Assembly: GCA_028704635.1 (NCBI GenBank)
Contig: JAQWFB010000002.1
Span: 128,693-192,692 of the forward strand
DNA from: Candidatus Shapirobacteria bacterium
Lineage (GTDB): Bacteria > Patescibacteriota > Microgenomatia > UBA12405
Length of the DNA: 64,000 nucleotides
Direction: 5' to 3'
Shown here: positions 30,001 through 40,055 of the stretch, piece after piece
Numbering within the stretch: position 1 is the stretch's first letter
Layout: every line of letters begins with the position of its first letter
The notes under the pieces: model-generated
The model's database searches: none
What the model was told of the DNA's origin: nothing
The model's input: the letters and a program-made list of their open reading frames with translations, nothing else
Translations under genes and position numbers: made by a program

Positions 30001-31935
30001 TTATTTCATCAACTCTTCAAACTCTTTCTGATCCAAACTTTCCTTTTCTGCTAAAACCTTAGCCAATTTATCTAATTTTTCTTTATTTTTTATTAATACC
30101 TTTTTAGCTTCAGTATAGGCTTCATCAATGAATTTTTTAATTTCCTCATCAATTTTACCTTGCATTTTATCCGAAAGCTTGGATGTCTCCATATAAGATT
30201 TACCAAAATCATTCACATCAATCTGTGACCCTAAATTAATTGGTCCAATATCACTCATTCCCCATTCAATCACCATATCTCTCGCAATATTGGTTGCATG
30301 TGAAATATCTGAGGAAGCTCCAGTTGTAATATCTTTAAAAATTATTTCTTCCGCCGCTCTTCCACCCATTGCCATCGCCATTTTTTTAATCAATTTACTT
30401 TTAGTATGATGAATAATATCTTTTTGTGGTGGCACTAAAGTGAATCCCAATGCCATCCCTCGAGAAATTATGGAAATTTTTGACACTGGATCTAAATCTT
30501 CCACATAATTCACAATCGCATGACCTGCCTCATGATAAGCCGTCATTAATTTATCTTCATCACTTTGACTTCGTCTTTTTTCTGCTCCCAATTTCACTTT
30601 TAAACTCGCCTCATCAATATCCTTCATTCCAATTTTAGTTTTGTCTAATCTCGCCGCTCCAATTGCCGCCTCATTTAACATATTTTCCAACTCTGCTCCT
30701 GAAAAACCCACCGTTGATTTAGCCACTGTTTCCCAATTAACCTCTTCTTCAAACGGTTTACCTTTAGCATGTATTTTTAAAATTTCTTGTCTTGCTTCCA
30801 AATCTGGTAATTCTAATACCACCCTTCGGTCAAATCGACCTGGTCTTAATAATGCTGGATCTAATAAATCTCCTCGATTAGTTGCCGCCAACACCACCAC
30901 TGCCGAATTTGGTTCAAATCCATCCATTTCCACTAAAATCTGATTTAAAGTCTGCTCCCTTTCACTGTTTCCTCCTTCCATTCCTCCTCTCACTCTACCA
31001 ATCGCATCAATTTCATCAATAAAAATAATTGCCTTTCCTGCTTTTTTAGCTGTTCCAAATAAATCACGAACCCGAGAAGCTCCTACCCCTACCAACATTT
31101 CCATGAATTCAGACCCCGCCATACTATAAAATGGCACTCCAGCCTCTCCAGCCACCGCTTTTGCCAATAAAGTTTTACCAACTCCGCTTGGTCCAACTAA
31201 AAGCACTCCTTTAGGCGCTCTCGCCCCCATTTTTTGATATTTTTCTGGGTGTTTCAAAAAATCAACTATTTCCACTAAATCATTTTTAGCTTCTTCCACT
31301 CCTGCCACATCTTTAAAAGTTAAACTCTGTTTTCCTTTTATAAATAATTTTGCCGTCGATTTTCCAAAACCAAACACTCCACCACCAGCTCCACCACTCT
31401 GCTTTTTAAATAACCATAAAATAAACATTATTGGTAATCCCACTGATAAAACCAAAGTCAATATTTCTCCCAACATTTTCCATCCTTGTCTATTTTCTAT
31501 TTGTAAATTTACCGTTGATAAATTTACTCCTTCTTTCTGTAATATTTCCGTCATCGAAATATCCACCTCTTTTGAAGCTACTAAAATTTTCTTCTCATTC
31601 TTTAATGTTGCCACTATTTGACTATCAGCCACCACTATTTTTTCCACTTCATTATTTTTAGTTTTTTGAATCACTTCCGAAATCGGCACCTGAGAAACCG
31701 TCTCTGGCACTAAAAATTGCATCAATACCGACAAAATCCAATAACCCAAAATCAAATAAATTAAAAATTTCACTATCTGTTTTGGTCCAATTTCAATTCT
31801 CTTAATCTTTACCCCCGGTGGTAATTTATCTAAAAGTTCCTTAGGTATTTGATTTTTATTGTTCTGTTTTGGAGAATTTTTCTTTTCCAGCTTTGGTTTT
31901 TTTATTTTTTTCTTTAAATCTTCAAAAAATTTCAT
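30001..31935 (-). CDS. ftsH: ATP-dependent zinc metalloprotease FtsH
   Basis: Has N-terminal TM helices, an AAA domain (GPSGVGKTLLAKAVAGEAG, the SRH region) and the HEAGHA zinc-binding motif. Confidence 0.95.
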   Translation of the reverse strand: MKFFEDLKKKIKKPKLEKKNSPKQNNKNQIPKELLDKLPPGVKIKRIEIGPKQIVKFLIYLILGYWILSVLMQFLVPETVSQVPISEVIQKTKNNEVEKIVVADSQIVATLKNEKKILVASKEVDISMTEILQKEGVNLSTVNLQIENRQGWKMLGEILTLVLSVGLPIMFILWLFKKQSGGAGGGVFGFGKSTAKLFIKGKQSLTFKDVAGVEEAKNDLVEIVDFLKHPEKYQKMGARAPKGVLLVGPSGVGKTLLAKAVAGEAGVPFYSMAGSEFMEMLVGVGASRVRDLFGTAKKAGKAIIFIDEIDAIGRVRGGMEGGNSEREQTLNQILVEMDGFEPNSAVVVLAATNRGDLLDPALLRPGRFDRRVVLELPDLEARQEILKIHAKGKPFEEEVNWETVAKSTVGFSGAELENMLNEAAIGAARLDKTKIGMKDIDEASLKVKLGAEKRRSQSDEDKLMTAYHEAGHAIVNYVEDLDPVSKISIISRGMALGFTLVPPQKDIIHHTKSKLIKKMAMAMGGRAAEEIIFKDITTGASSDISHATNIARDMVIEWGMSDIGPINLGSQIDVNDFGKSYMETSKLSDKMQGKIDEEIKKFIDEAYTEAKKVLIKNKEKLDKLAKVLAEKESLDQKEFEELMK

Positions 31936-31987
31936 CCCATGATTATACCATCAAATTTGGTTCAAAAAATTAAAAAATAAAGACTTC

Positions 31988-32030
31988 CGCCCTTTTTAAG
32001 GGAGGATGTCCGCAGGACAGGAGGGTTTTA
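31988..32030. repeat. Palindromic element, intergenic (between ftsH and the RNHCP gene)
   Basis: CGCCCTTTTTAAGGGAGGATG + TCCGCAGGACA + GGAGGGTTTTAT. Confidence 0.75.
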
Positions 32031-32354
32031 TCTTCCAATATTATTCACTAACTCCAACAATAATTCCCTATTATCCCTTTTACCTCGATTATCTTCGGCT
32101 GCCTTCACCCAAAATTCATGATTACATTTTTCACATTTATAAAAAATTCTAAAACTATCATTTCGATATTCCGCTGCTTCTGGTCTCATCAACCCTCCAC
32201 ATTGACTTGCCCTATCTCCTGGAATTATTTCATCAACATGTTTTCCCCATAAACAATTTGGACAATGGTCTGTTGTTCCATTTCCAATTACCTTTTCCCC
32301 ACATACTTCACAAACAAAATCCTCCACCACTTTTTTCATAACCCAAATTAACAA
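32028..32354 (-). CDS. RNHCP-domain zinc-ribbon protein
   Basis: The motif GTTDHCPNCLWGKHVD matches the RNHCP motif. Additional CxxC pairs are present. Confidence 0.45.
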   Translation of the reverse strand: MLIWVMKKVVEDFVCEVCGEKVIGNGTTDHCPNCLWGKHVDEIIPGDRASQCGGLMRPEAAEYRNDSFRIFYKCEKCNHEFWVKAAEDNRGKRDNRELLLELVNNIGR

Positions 32355-32360
32355 TTTAAG

Positions 32361-32400
32361 TCTCCCTTGTCAAAGGGAGATTTAGAGGGATTGGTTTTTA
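32361..32400. repeat. Palindromic element (short form), intergenic
   Basis: TCTCCCTTGTCAAAGGGAGA + TTTAGAGGGATTGGTTTTTA. Confidence 0.7.
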
Positions 32401-35400
32401 TTTTCCCAACTCCACTCCCATCCTAATATCCTTATTCAATTTCTGATTAAACAATAATTTTCCCCCCACCATACTCGCCTGTGGTTCTACTTGTAATGGT
32501 TGCCAATCTCTTGGAAAAGATACCAACGTCACTAATCCAGTATCTCCAAATCCAGATTGTTTCTGGACATAGCTTATATAAGAAAATTTATCTTTACCTG
32601 TCAAATTATTTGCACTAGAATATTTTATTTCCACTGTTTCTTTACTCAAAATTGGTACTGCCACCAAAAACCCCACTTCTTTTTTTCCATTAATTTCCTT
32701 GATTCTAATTTCATCAGCTGTATAAATTTTTCTTGAATTAGTCTTATCATCAATCACACTAATTTGCGATAAATTAACATCAATTGGTAAATAAATTCTT
32801 AAATAATTTTTATATTCGCCACCCGGAAAATCATTACTTTTAGCCATATTTTCATAATTAACCTTCAATGTCCTCTCCACTAAACTTTCATTAATATCTA
32901 CTACCTGTTCCATACTTCTAGATAAAAAATAATTTGTTTTATTCACCCCAAAATTAGAATCCACTACAAATAAATAATCTGAAAAACAATTCTCTTTTGT
33001 ACATTTTCCTTGATACATTGTTCCATCCCATCCTAAATCAGCCGCCAATTTAGCTATTTTACCATTATTAAAAGCCAATTGGATTTCATTTTTTTCCAAT
33101 AAATCCACTAAAGAAGAAACTAATTCTAATTGTTGTTTTGCTTTTAATCCCTTTATTTCTTCAAACATCTGACTTCCTAAAGTTCCTAAAAAACTCGCCT
33201 TCTGGGTCGATCCCGGAAAAAATTTACTTTCCGAATAATATTCCGCTTGTTCATATAAATTATCCTTAGTAATTTTTTCTTTAAAATCGGTCACATTAAT
33301 TTCTCCAATCACCCCTACAATTGCTTTCGCCACTGCCAAATTAATTCCAATCACCCCATCTACTTTTTTATTAATTTCTTGACTCAAAAACCATTGAATA
33401 TCTGCTGAAGCCTTTACAAAATCCGGATTCCAATTAGCATCTCTCATAAACCAGTTTGCTTCTCCCAAATAATTTTTTATTTCTATTGGCGGTTCCACAT
33501 GTCCTTTTAACTGACCATCAGCTTCATAAACATCTTTCACTTCAAAATTCAAAAGTTTTCCATTTTGAAAACTCAAAATTGCATAACTTCCAATAAATCC
33601 TCCTGTTGCTCGCAATTCCGCTTCATTTTGAAGTAACACTAAATATTCCCTCTTTCTTCCATCTAAACCCAACATTTCTGGCAAAATTTTCATTCCTTTC
33701 GACACTAAATTCAATTTTTCTTTTATTTCCTTTAAACCTTGGGCTTCTTTTTGCAAAGATATTCTCCATTTTGCCGGCATCCAGCTATAATCACCATTCA
33801 GTCTTGCTAAAACCAAACCCAACTCATTATCAAAATTAATTAAATATTCCTCTTCTTTACTTAACTCGTCAGAAAAATTTATTTCTCTTTCTTTAAAAAT
33901 TGCCTGGCTTATTAAATCCGCACTTTGACTAATTACAATCGCATCTTTTTCTAAATTTAAAACATCTTCCCCTATTTTAAGTAACGTTTGATAATTTCTA
34001 ACTATTTTAAATTTATTCAACCCCCAATCATCAATTTGCTGATCAATATCTTTGATCCTAATTAAATTTTTATCCGCCAAAATTTCTACCTGCTTATATT
34101 TTTTCGCTTCAATTAAAGTTACATTTTCTTTAATATTATTACAAGCCAAAACTGTTAATATCGTCCATTTTACAGGCAATATTAATAACAAAACTACTAA
34201 AAATAAAACCCACCACTTCAATTTGGCCGAAATTTTCAAAACTGGCATTTTTCTTTTCGGTTTTACTTCCACTTCTTTTTTAATCCCTCCATTTTCAAGG
34301 GAGGGAAATTCCGCTACAGCGGAATGGGTGGGTTTTATTATTTCATCTTCAAAACTATCGTCAAATTCCTCAATAATTTTTTTTGAATTCTCCCTTTCTT
34401 TAAGGGGAGATGTCTCCGCAATAGCGGAGACAGAGGGGTTTTGAATTGACTTTACTTTCTCAACCTCCAACCCCATCTTTTTTTGCTTATAAAAACTTTC
34501 TATCTCTTCCATCGGCTCCTCGTTCTTAATCTTAACTTCTTCTTGTTCATCTTCCACTACCACTTCCATCTTTCTTTTATTAACTTCCTTTTTAATCGGT
34601 TCCGACTCTTTTTTTATAGCCTCCCCTGTTTCAGCCAAAGGCTGATCGGCCTCTGGTCGAAAGGGAGGTTTGGAGGGTTTTTTAGGTTTTCTACTTTCTT
34701 CATCAGCCCTCGAAAAAAAATATTGCAAAGTTTCTGTTATTCCACCTTTAAAATCACTTTTTGGCTCCCATCGTAATTTTCTTACTGACTCCCTTAGTCT
34801 TTCCTCATCGATTTTTTCAATTTCAATCTCCTTTTGCATCACTTTATACCTTGTCATTTTTGCCTCATCTATCAACACTTTTGCCACTTCCTCACTATTT
34901 GTTTCCTCCCCTAAAATCAAAAATTTCTCCTTCTCTGTTCCCGATAAAAAACTCGCTCTTAAAATTGCTTCAACCAAATCTTCGATTGCTAAAATTCTAA
35001 ATTTACTTTTTAAACTTGGTAACACCAAATTTTTATTAACTACCGCCAATTTTATTGCCTCTGCTAAAAAATTATTTTCATCCATTCCTGGACCATAAAC
35101 TCCCTCTGCCTCCACCATTCTCCAATTTAAATTTAAATCATCTAAATCATCTTTTAAAAATTCCGCTCTCTCTCTATCGTTCACACAAACTAAAGTAATT
35201 TTTTCCCCTTTAAACTGATCTGTTTTCCACAGGTTTTTATCTCCCAAAAAATCAAAAACATAATTAAATTTACCACTAACTTCCGACAAATCCATCAATA
35301 ATTCAAAATTCTTTATATCACTTAATCCTGCCACATATTCCCCTACCCCGACCACATTTATATCTTTATTTGATAATTCTTCCGCCAACTTTTTAGCCGC

Positions 35401-35448
35401 AAATTGATCTATCCCAATAATTAAAGCGTAAGGCAATGCCGGATTCAT
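32398..35448 (-). CDS. Large membrane-anchored DUF4012-domain protein (cell-envelope associated). It has an N-terminal Rossmann-like domain and a long low-complexity linker.
   Basis: The C-terminal domain carries the DUF4012 signature LLQNEAELRATGGFIGSYA. There is a single TM helix around aa 410. The linker region contains four in-frame palindromic elements (34284-34684). Confidence 0.6.
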   Translation of the reverse strand: MNPALPYALIIGIDQFAAKKLAEELSNKDINVVGVGEYVAGLSDIKNFELLMDLSEVSGKFNYVFDFLGDKNLWKTDQFKGEKITLVCVNDRERAEFLKDDLDDLNLNWRMVEAEGVYGPGMDENNFLAEAIKLAVVNKNLVLPSLKSKFRILAIEDLVEAILRASFLSGTEKEKFLILGEETNSEEVAKVLIDEAKMTRYKVMQKEIEIEKIDEERLRESVRKLRWEPKSDFKGGITETLQYFFSRADEESRKPKKPSKPPFRPEADQPLAETGEAIKKESEPIKKEVNKRKMEVVVEDEQEEVKIKNEEPMEEIESFYKQKKMGLEVEKVKSIQNPSVSAIAETSPLKERENSKKIIEEFDDSFEDEIIKPTHSAVAEFPSLENGGIKKEVEVKPKRKMPVLKISAKLKWWVLFLVVLLLILPVKWTILTVLACNNIKENVTLIEAKKYKQVEILADKNLIRIKDIDQQIDDWGLNKFKIVRNYQTLLKIGEDVLNLEKDAIVISQSADLISQAIFKEREINFSDELSKEEEYLINFDNELGLVLARLNGDYSWMPAKWRISLQKEAQGLKEIKEKLNLVSKGMKILPEMLGLDGRKREYLVLLQNEAELRATGGFIGSYAILSFQNGKLLNFEVKDVYEADGQLKGHVEPPIEIKNYLGEANWFMRDANWNPDFVKASADIQWFLSQEINKKVDGVIGINLAVAKAIVGVIGEINVTDFKEKITKDNLYEQAEYYSESKFFPGSTQKASFLGTLGSQMFEEIKGLKAKQQLELVSSLVDLLEKNEIQLAFNNGKIAKLAADLGWDGTMYQGKCTKENCFSDYLFVVDSNFGVNKTNYFLSRSMEQVVDINESLVERTLKVNYENMAKSNDFPGGEYKNYLRIYLPIDVNLSQISVIDDKTNSRKIYTADEIRIKEINGKKEVGFLVAVPILSKETVEIKYSSANNLTGKDKFSYISYVQKQSGFGDTGLVTLVSFPRDWQPLQVEPQASMVGGKLLFNQKLNKDIRMGVELGK
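34284..34338. repeat. Palindromic element inside the DUF4012 gene (encodes KPTHSAVAEFPSLENGG)
   Basis: TCCCTCCATTTTCAAGGGAGGGA + AATTCCGCTACAGCGGAAT + GGGTGGGTTTTAT. Confidence 0.8.
34389..34444. repeat. Palindromic element inside the DUF4012 gene (encodes QNPSVSAIAETSPLKE)
   Basis: TCTCCCTTTCTTTAAGGGGAGATG + TCTCCGCAATAGCGGAGA + CAGAGGGGTTTTG. Confidence 0.8.
34618..34684. repeat. Palindromic element, long variant, inside the DUF4012 gene (encodes KPSKPPFRPEADQPLAETGEA)
   Basis: CCTCCCCTGTTTCAGCCAAAGGCTGATCGGCCTCTGGTCGAAAGGGAGG + TTTGGAGGGTTTTTT. Related copy at 55144-55208. Confidence 0.8.
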
Positions 35449-35481
35449 ACCCTTATTTTAAACTAAATCCATTCAAAAAAA

Positions 35482-35530
35482 GCCTCCCTGTCAAGGGAGG
35501 TGTCGAACAAAGTGAGACGGAGGGTTTAAA
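35482..35530. repeat. Palindromic element, intergenic
   Basis: GCCTCCCTGTCAAGGGAGGTG + TCGAACAAAGTGAGA + CGGAGGGTTTAAAT. Confidence 0.8.
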
Positions 35531-35652
35531 TTTCAAAATTCCTTGCGGTTATATTTCGGCAATTATGCGGTTATTACCTTTAAAATATGTTCTGATTTTT
35601 ATTATTTATACCTCTGAAACGTGAAAAAACGTCATAACCCAATTAAAAACAA

Positions 35653-35700
35653 TCACCCTGTTAAGGGAGATGTCTCGTAGCTGCGGGACAGAGGGTTTGA
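35653..35700. repeat. Palindromic element, intergenic
   Basis: TCACCCTGTTAAGGGAGATG + TCTCGTAGCTGCGGGA + CAGAGGGTTTGAAC. Confidence 0.8.
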
Positions 35701-35925
35701 ACCTTAAAAAGAAAAACTAACCAAGATGGGTGAAGTTAAAAACGTCCGAACCAGTTCCAAATGGCTAAAATTAAAATTCAAAATCTGTACTGATTTTAAG
35801 TAGGGGAATATATCAAAAATTATTATTTTTATAATAAAATTTTGAAGTTGCTATTTTTTCGTGCTTTGAACACGCCAGTATTCACGCAAAGAAAAAATAC
35901 GTAACGAAAAATTTAAAATAAAAAA

Positions 35926-37143
35926 TTAAAGAGACCTTCTTTTCAACGCTAAAATCGTCAACACACACGCCACCGCTTCTGATAAACCCGTCACCCAAGC
36001 CGCTCCTACAATTCCGAATCTCGGAATCACTAATAAATTACCAGTAAAATTGACTACTAAAGTTATCAACCCTAAAATCAGAATTTGTTTTTGTCCACCT
36101 TTAGCAATCAAAGTAAAACCAAATAGGTGATTAATATAAGAGAAAAAGAGGGGAATTAAAAGAATTCTTAAAACTACTACTGATGATTCATAACCATTTC
36201 CCGCTAATATTTTAATCATTAATGGCGCCAACCAATAAGCGAGGGGAATTATTACCACCAATGATCCTAATACAATCCAAGTTGACCATTTAAATAAACT
36301 TCTTTTATTCTCTGATTTACCCGAAAAAACTGGAAAAATACTATTCACAAAATAATAAGCCGGTTGCACCATATTAGAATAAATTTTATAAGCCAATCCA
36401 TAGAAAGCTACTTCTTTAACTCCAATAAATTTATCAATCATTAATGAATCAATTGCTCTGTCATATCCAGTAAATATCAACATATAAACACCCATTGGCC
36501 ATGATTCTTTCAAAAAATTTAAAACAAATTTTTTATTTAAAATTTCTAATTTAAACCCACTCAAAACTTTTTTGAGCAATTTCCAACCAATACTTAAACT
36601 TAAAATCCTAGCTATTAAATAAACCCCAAACACCCACATTAAACTAATTGAATCGTGCCAAACCAATAAAACTATTAAAAATAGTAATGGGAAAATAATA
36701 TCAATCAATACTTTTAAATCCATTCTCAATTCTGTCTGAAAAATTATTTCCAAACTTCCAGCCACCGATGTAAACCAAATCATCATTAAAGCCACTAAAA
36801 CTTCACCTTTAATTGATACAAAACCACCCCAACTAAAAATTAAAATTATTCCCAAAATAAAAGCTACTAATGTCGTCAATAATCTTGCCCAAGTTACCTG
36901 CATAAATAATTGATTCCTTTCCTTACTATCCTTTCCCGAAGCTTCTTTTACTCCTATCACTTTTGTTCCAAAATCCGATATTGAATCCAACAGTAATAGC
37001 ACTGATGTTACCAAAATATAACTACCATAAACATCAGCTCCCAATTTCCTCGTCAATAAACCAGTCGTCACTAAACTAATTAAAACCGTAATTCCTTTAG
37101 CCACAATCTGCACCCAGGTATTTAACAGCGACTTTTTCAACAT
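35926..37143 (-). CDS. Polysaccharide biosynthesis protein / Wzx-like flippase (multi-TM)
   Basis: 405-aa polytopic protein with a PST-family-like N-terminus LLTRKLGADVYGSY and about 12 TM helices. Confidence 0.65.
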   Translation of the reverse strand: MLKKSLLNTWVQIVAKGITVLISLVTTGLLTRKLGADVYGSYILVTSVLLLLDSISDFGTKVIGVKEASGKDSKERNQLFMQVTWARLLTTLVAFILGIILIFSWGGFVSIKGEVLVALMMIWFTSVAGSLEIIFQTELRMDLKVLIDIIFPLLFLIVLLVWHDSISLMWVFGVYLIARILSLSIGWKLLKKVLSGFKLEILNKKFVLNFLKESWPMGVYMLIFTGYDRAIDSLMIDKFIGVKEVAFYGLAYKIYSNMVQPAYYFVNSIFPVFSGKSENKRSLFKWSTWIVLGSLVVIIPLAYWLAPLMIKILAGNGYESSVVVLRILLIPLFFSYINHLFGFTLIAKGGQKQILILGLITLVVNFTGNLLVIPRFGIVGAAWVTGLSEAVACVLTILALKRRSL

Positions 37144-37176
37144 TACCTATTTTATCTTAAAAAACAAAAGAAAAAG

Positions 37177-37223
37177 CCGCCCTGTCAAGGGAGGTGCCCC
37201 ACAAAGCGGGGCGGAGGGTTTAA
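37177..37223. repeat. Palindromic element, intergenic (between the flippase and the ligase-like gene)
   Basis: CGCCCTGTCAAGGGAGGTG + CCCCACAAAGCGGGG + CGGAGGGTTTAAAC. Confidence 0.8.
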
Positions 37224-38458
37224 ACCAACCCCAATACTAATACTAACAACCAAACGTTTTGTGGTAAGGTCAACCAATAATGATCAACCATTCCACTTAT
37301 AATCACTATTCCTAAAATTATTTTAAAAATCCAATTTATTTTTTTTCTAGAAAAATTTTCACTAAAAAACAAAAACATTAAAGATAACCCCAATATTCCA
37401 ATCTCACTCCAAGCCAATATTAAAACATTATGAACCGGTTGTAACCAAAAAATTCCATTATTTTTCTGAAACTCGGGTAATCTCACTAAAAAATTACCCA
37501 AACCTACTCCAAATAAAGATGATTCTTTTATCATTTTTAATCCAGCTACATTTAATTGAATTCTTTTTCCAATTCCATCAGAATCCCATCCGCCTAAAAA
37601 ATCAGACACTTGATATTCCATATTTACCAATCTCAATCCAAAAATTATCACTCCCAAAACCAATAATATTAAACCCACAATATTAACCTTATTTTTTATA
37701 TTTTTTAATAAAAACCAAAAAATTAAACCCAAAGTCAAAATCCAAATTGTTCTACTCCCCGAAACCATTATTCCCAAAAATCCAAACCAAAAAACCATCC
37801 ACCACCAAGTCTTATTTATTTTCTCTCTTAACCACCACCATAATAATAAACTCACTAATAAAAATCCTGCCAAACTATTTGGGTGAGAAAAAGTTCCATA
37901 AGCTCTAATTAAACCTTTTCCAAAAACTGACATTTGGGCAATTCCAATTGTATTAAAACTAAAACTTCTTTCCCCTAACCAATAAAAAATTCCATTTAAA
38001 CTTCCACTTTTAGCCATTTGGGCCATCGCCAATAAACTCTCTAAAATGATCCAACAGGGGATAATTTTTATCAAATTTTCCTTAACTAATATTTTATTTT
38101 TTCTAAAATAAAAAAACGTTATCAATAATTGAACCACCCTTAACCATTTATAAACAGCCACCCACGGATTCACCGCCATCAAAATATTTATCCCCACAAA
38201 CACCGCTATTAAAAAATATTTAAATTTAAAAATTTTAGAAAGTCGCCCTGTCAAGGGAGATGTCCGCAGGACAGAGGGTTTAATCCAATTAAAAATCAAA
38301 ACTACCCAAACCAAATCTAATAAATACAAAGTAGGGGATAAATAATCAATTCTAATTCCCATTAAATAACTCCACTCTGGCCAAAAATGTTTACCTAATT
38401 GGGTCGGAATTAAAAGCAAAAATAAAAATAACCACACAACCCAATATAACACAATCAA
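37220..38458 (-). CDS. O-antigen ligase-like (Wzy_C) membrane protein
   Basis: Polytopic protein with a Wzy_C-like loop motif GTFSHPNSLAGFLLVS. Contains an in-frame palindromic element (38243-38283). Confidence 0.5.
   Translation of the reverse strand: MIVLYWVVWLFLFLLLIPTQLGKHFWPEWSYLMGIRIDYLSPTLYLLDLVWVVLIFNWIKPSVLRTSPLTGRLSKIFKFKYFLIAVFVGINILMAVNPWVAVYKWLRVVQLLITFFYFRKNKILVKENLIKIIPCWIILESLLAMAQMAKSGSLNGIFYWLGERSFSFNTIGIAQMSVFGKGLIRAYGTFSHPNSLAGFLLVSLLLWWWLREKINKTWWWMVFWFGFLGIMVSGSRTIWILTLGLIFWFLLKNIKNKVNIVGLILLVLGVIIFGLRLVNMEYQVSDFLGGWDSDGIGKRIQLNVAGLKMIKESSLFGVGLGNFLVRLPEFQKNNGIFWLQPVHNVLILAWSEIGILGLSLMFLFFSENFSRKKINWIFKIILGIVIISGMVDHYWLTLPQNVWLLVLVLGLV
38243..38283. repeat. Palindromic element inside the O-antigen-ligase-like gene (encodes KPSVLRTSPLTGRLS)
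   Basis: CGCCCTGTCAAGGGAGATG + TCCGCAGGAC + AGAGGGTTTAATC. Confidence 0.8.
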
Positions 38459-38463
38459 GACTT

Positions 38464-38511
38464 CGCCCCTGTTAAGGGGAGATGTCCCGCAAACGGGACA
38501 GAGGGGTTTAA
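38464..38511. repeat. Palindromic element at or just upstream of the start of the ligase-like gene
   Basis: CGCCCCTGTTAAGGGGAGATG + TCCCGCAAACGGGA + CAGAGGGGTTTAATTC. Confidence 0.8.
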
Positions 38512-38516
38512 TTCCT

Positions 38517-38984
38517 TTAGGCCTTCTTTATTACGATGTGTCTCTCTTCACCTTCACCCTCAGATTCACTCTCTATTCCTTCAATTTCTGCTAATACCAT
38601 ATGGCAAATTCTCCTTTCATAAGAGCTCATACTTGCCATTGCCATTGGATTACCAGTTTCTAATACTTTTTCTGCTAAAGACTTAACCATATTCTCTAAT
38701 CTTACTTTTTGTTCTCCTCGATAATTATTTACATCCAAAAGCACTCTAATTCCTTCACTAATTTGAGATCTAATAATCAAAGATAAAACAAATTGAATTG
38801 AAGCTAAATTTCGACCTCTAAAACCAATTAATCCCGCTGGATTTTTAACCGTTATTCCCACTAACACTTGATTTTCTTCTCCATCCATATCTTCCACAAA
38901 GGCTTTTTCCACCTCAAAATTCATTTTTTCTAAAAGTTCACAAGTGAATTTTAATATTTCTTCGTTTCTTTTTTTATTATCCAT
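38517..38984 (-). CDS. jag: Jag/KhpB-like KH + R3H RNA-binding protein
   Basis: 155 aa with KH-like and R3H-like segments. It sits in the conserved position downstream of yidC. Confidence 0.7.
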   Translation of the reverse strand: MDNKKRNEEILKFTCELLEKMNFEVEKAFVEDMDGEENQVLVGITVKNPAGLIGFRGRNLASIQFVLSLIIRSQISEGIRVLLDVNNYRGEQKVRLENMVKSLAEKVLETGNPMAMASMSSYERRICHMVLAEIEGIESESEGEGEERHIVIKKA

Positions 38985-39019
38985 AGTCGCTATTTTAACA
39001 CGAAAATTTTAAAAAAATT

Positions 39020-39071
39020 GCTCCCTTGTCAAGGGGAGCTGTCCCGATTTATCGGGACTGAGGGGTTTTAT
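39020..39071. repeat. Palindromic element covering the last codons and stop of yidC
   Basis: GCTCCCTTGTCAAGGGGAGCTG + TCCCGATTTATCGGGA + CTGAGGGGTTTTATTT. Confidence 0.8.
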
Positions 39072-39846
39072 TTATTTTATCAACCACTAATTGTTGAACT
39101 ACCATAAAACCTGAGGTTATAAACCAATACAATAATAATCCCAATGAAAAACTCCAACCAATAAAAATTGTCATCAATGGCATAAAGTAAGTTGATTGAG
39201 TCCTCATCATCGCCATCATATCATCCTCTTTATCTTTAGTTGCATCAGCAATCGATTCGCTTACTTTTGGTGCCGGCATCATCAATTTAGCACTTAAATA
39301 TTGTAAAAACCCTGAACCAATCAAAAGTATTAATGGTAATATTAAACCCGAATCCATTCCTTGAGAAAATATCTTTGCTGGAGTCTGTACTAAATCAGAA
39401 CCAAAAAAACTCATATCAAATTTAAAATTTTGATCAATTCTAAAAGACTGAATTAAATTACTATTAATCTTTTCTAAAGGAACTTTCCCTTCAGAAAAAA
39501 GGCTCACCATATTAAAAGCATAGAAAAATAAAAGTAGCACCGCTATTTGAATAATCTGAGGCAAACAACCAGACATCGGGTTAACTCCTTCTTGTTTGTA
39601 AAGATCCATTTGGGCTTTAGCTAAAGCTTGTTTATCTTTTCCAAATTTCTCTTTTAGTTTATTTAGTTTTGGCTGTAACTCTCTTATTTTTTGGGCCGAT
39701 TTCAAACTTGGCATTACCAGTGGTAATAAAACTAATCTAATTATCACTGTCACTATAATTATGGCCAATCCAAAATTACCAATCATATAATAAACAGCAA
39801 ACAAGGCATTTACAAACGGGGCTAGAAATAAATTCATATCGTTCAT
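39049..39846 (-). CDS. yidC: Membrane protein insertase YidC/Oxa1 (short form)
   Basis: 265-aa polytopic protein following yidD. The last six codons and the stop lie inside a palindromic element. Confidence 0.85.
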   Translation of the reverse strand: MNDMNLFLAPFVNALFAVYYMIGNFGLAIIIVTVIIRLVLLPLVMPSLKSAQKIRELQPKLNKLKEKFGKDKQALAKAQMDLYKQEGVNPMSGCLPQIIQIAVLLLFFYAFNMVSLFSEGKVPLEKINSNLIQSFRIDQNFKFDMSFFGSDLVQTPAKIFSQGMDSGLILPLILLIGSGFLQYLSAKLMMPAPKVSESIADATKDKEDDMMAMMRTQSTYFMPLMTIFIGWSFSLGLLLYWFITSGFMVVQQLVVDKINKTPQSR

Positions 39847-40055
39847 TCTACCAAATCGACTCCACCTTTTGATAGGGGGTTACATTTTAAAATCCTTTTA
39901 AAACCTAAAACTAAACCCTTCATTACCCCATATTTTTTCACGGCCAAATAAGTATATTCCGAACAAGTCGGAGTAAACCGACAATGATTCCCAATTCCCA
40001 TTCCAGAAATATATTTCCTGTAAAACACCAGCATCTTTAAAACAATTTTTTTCAT
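39843..40055 (-). CDS. yidD: Membrane protein insertion efficiency factor YidD
   Basis: 70 aa with GNHCRFTPTCSEY, the YidD signature. Confidence 0.85.
   Translation of the reverse strand: MKKIVLKMLVFYRKYISGMGIGNHCRFTPTCSEYTYLAVKKYGVMKGLVLGFKRILKCNPLSKGGVDLVE

Noticed and set aside
34052-35098. Plus-strand ORFs 34052..34444, 34483..34776, 34670..35098 and 34761..35000, which share peptides (PFSREGNSATAEWVGF) with the 26344 ORF
   Set aside because: They are antisense to the DUF4012 gene. The shared peptides are just translations of the palindromic repeat copies.
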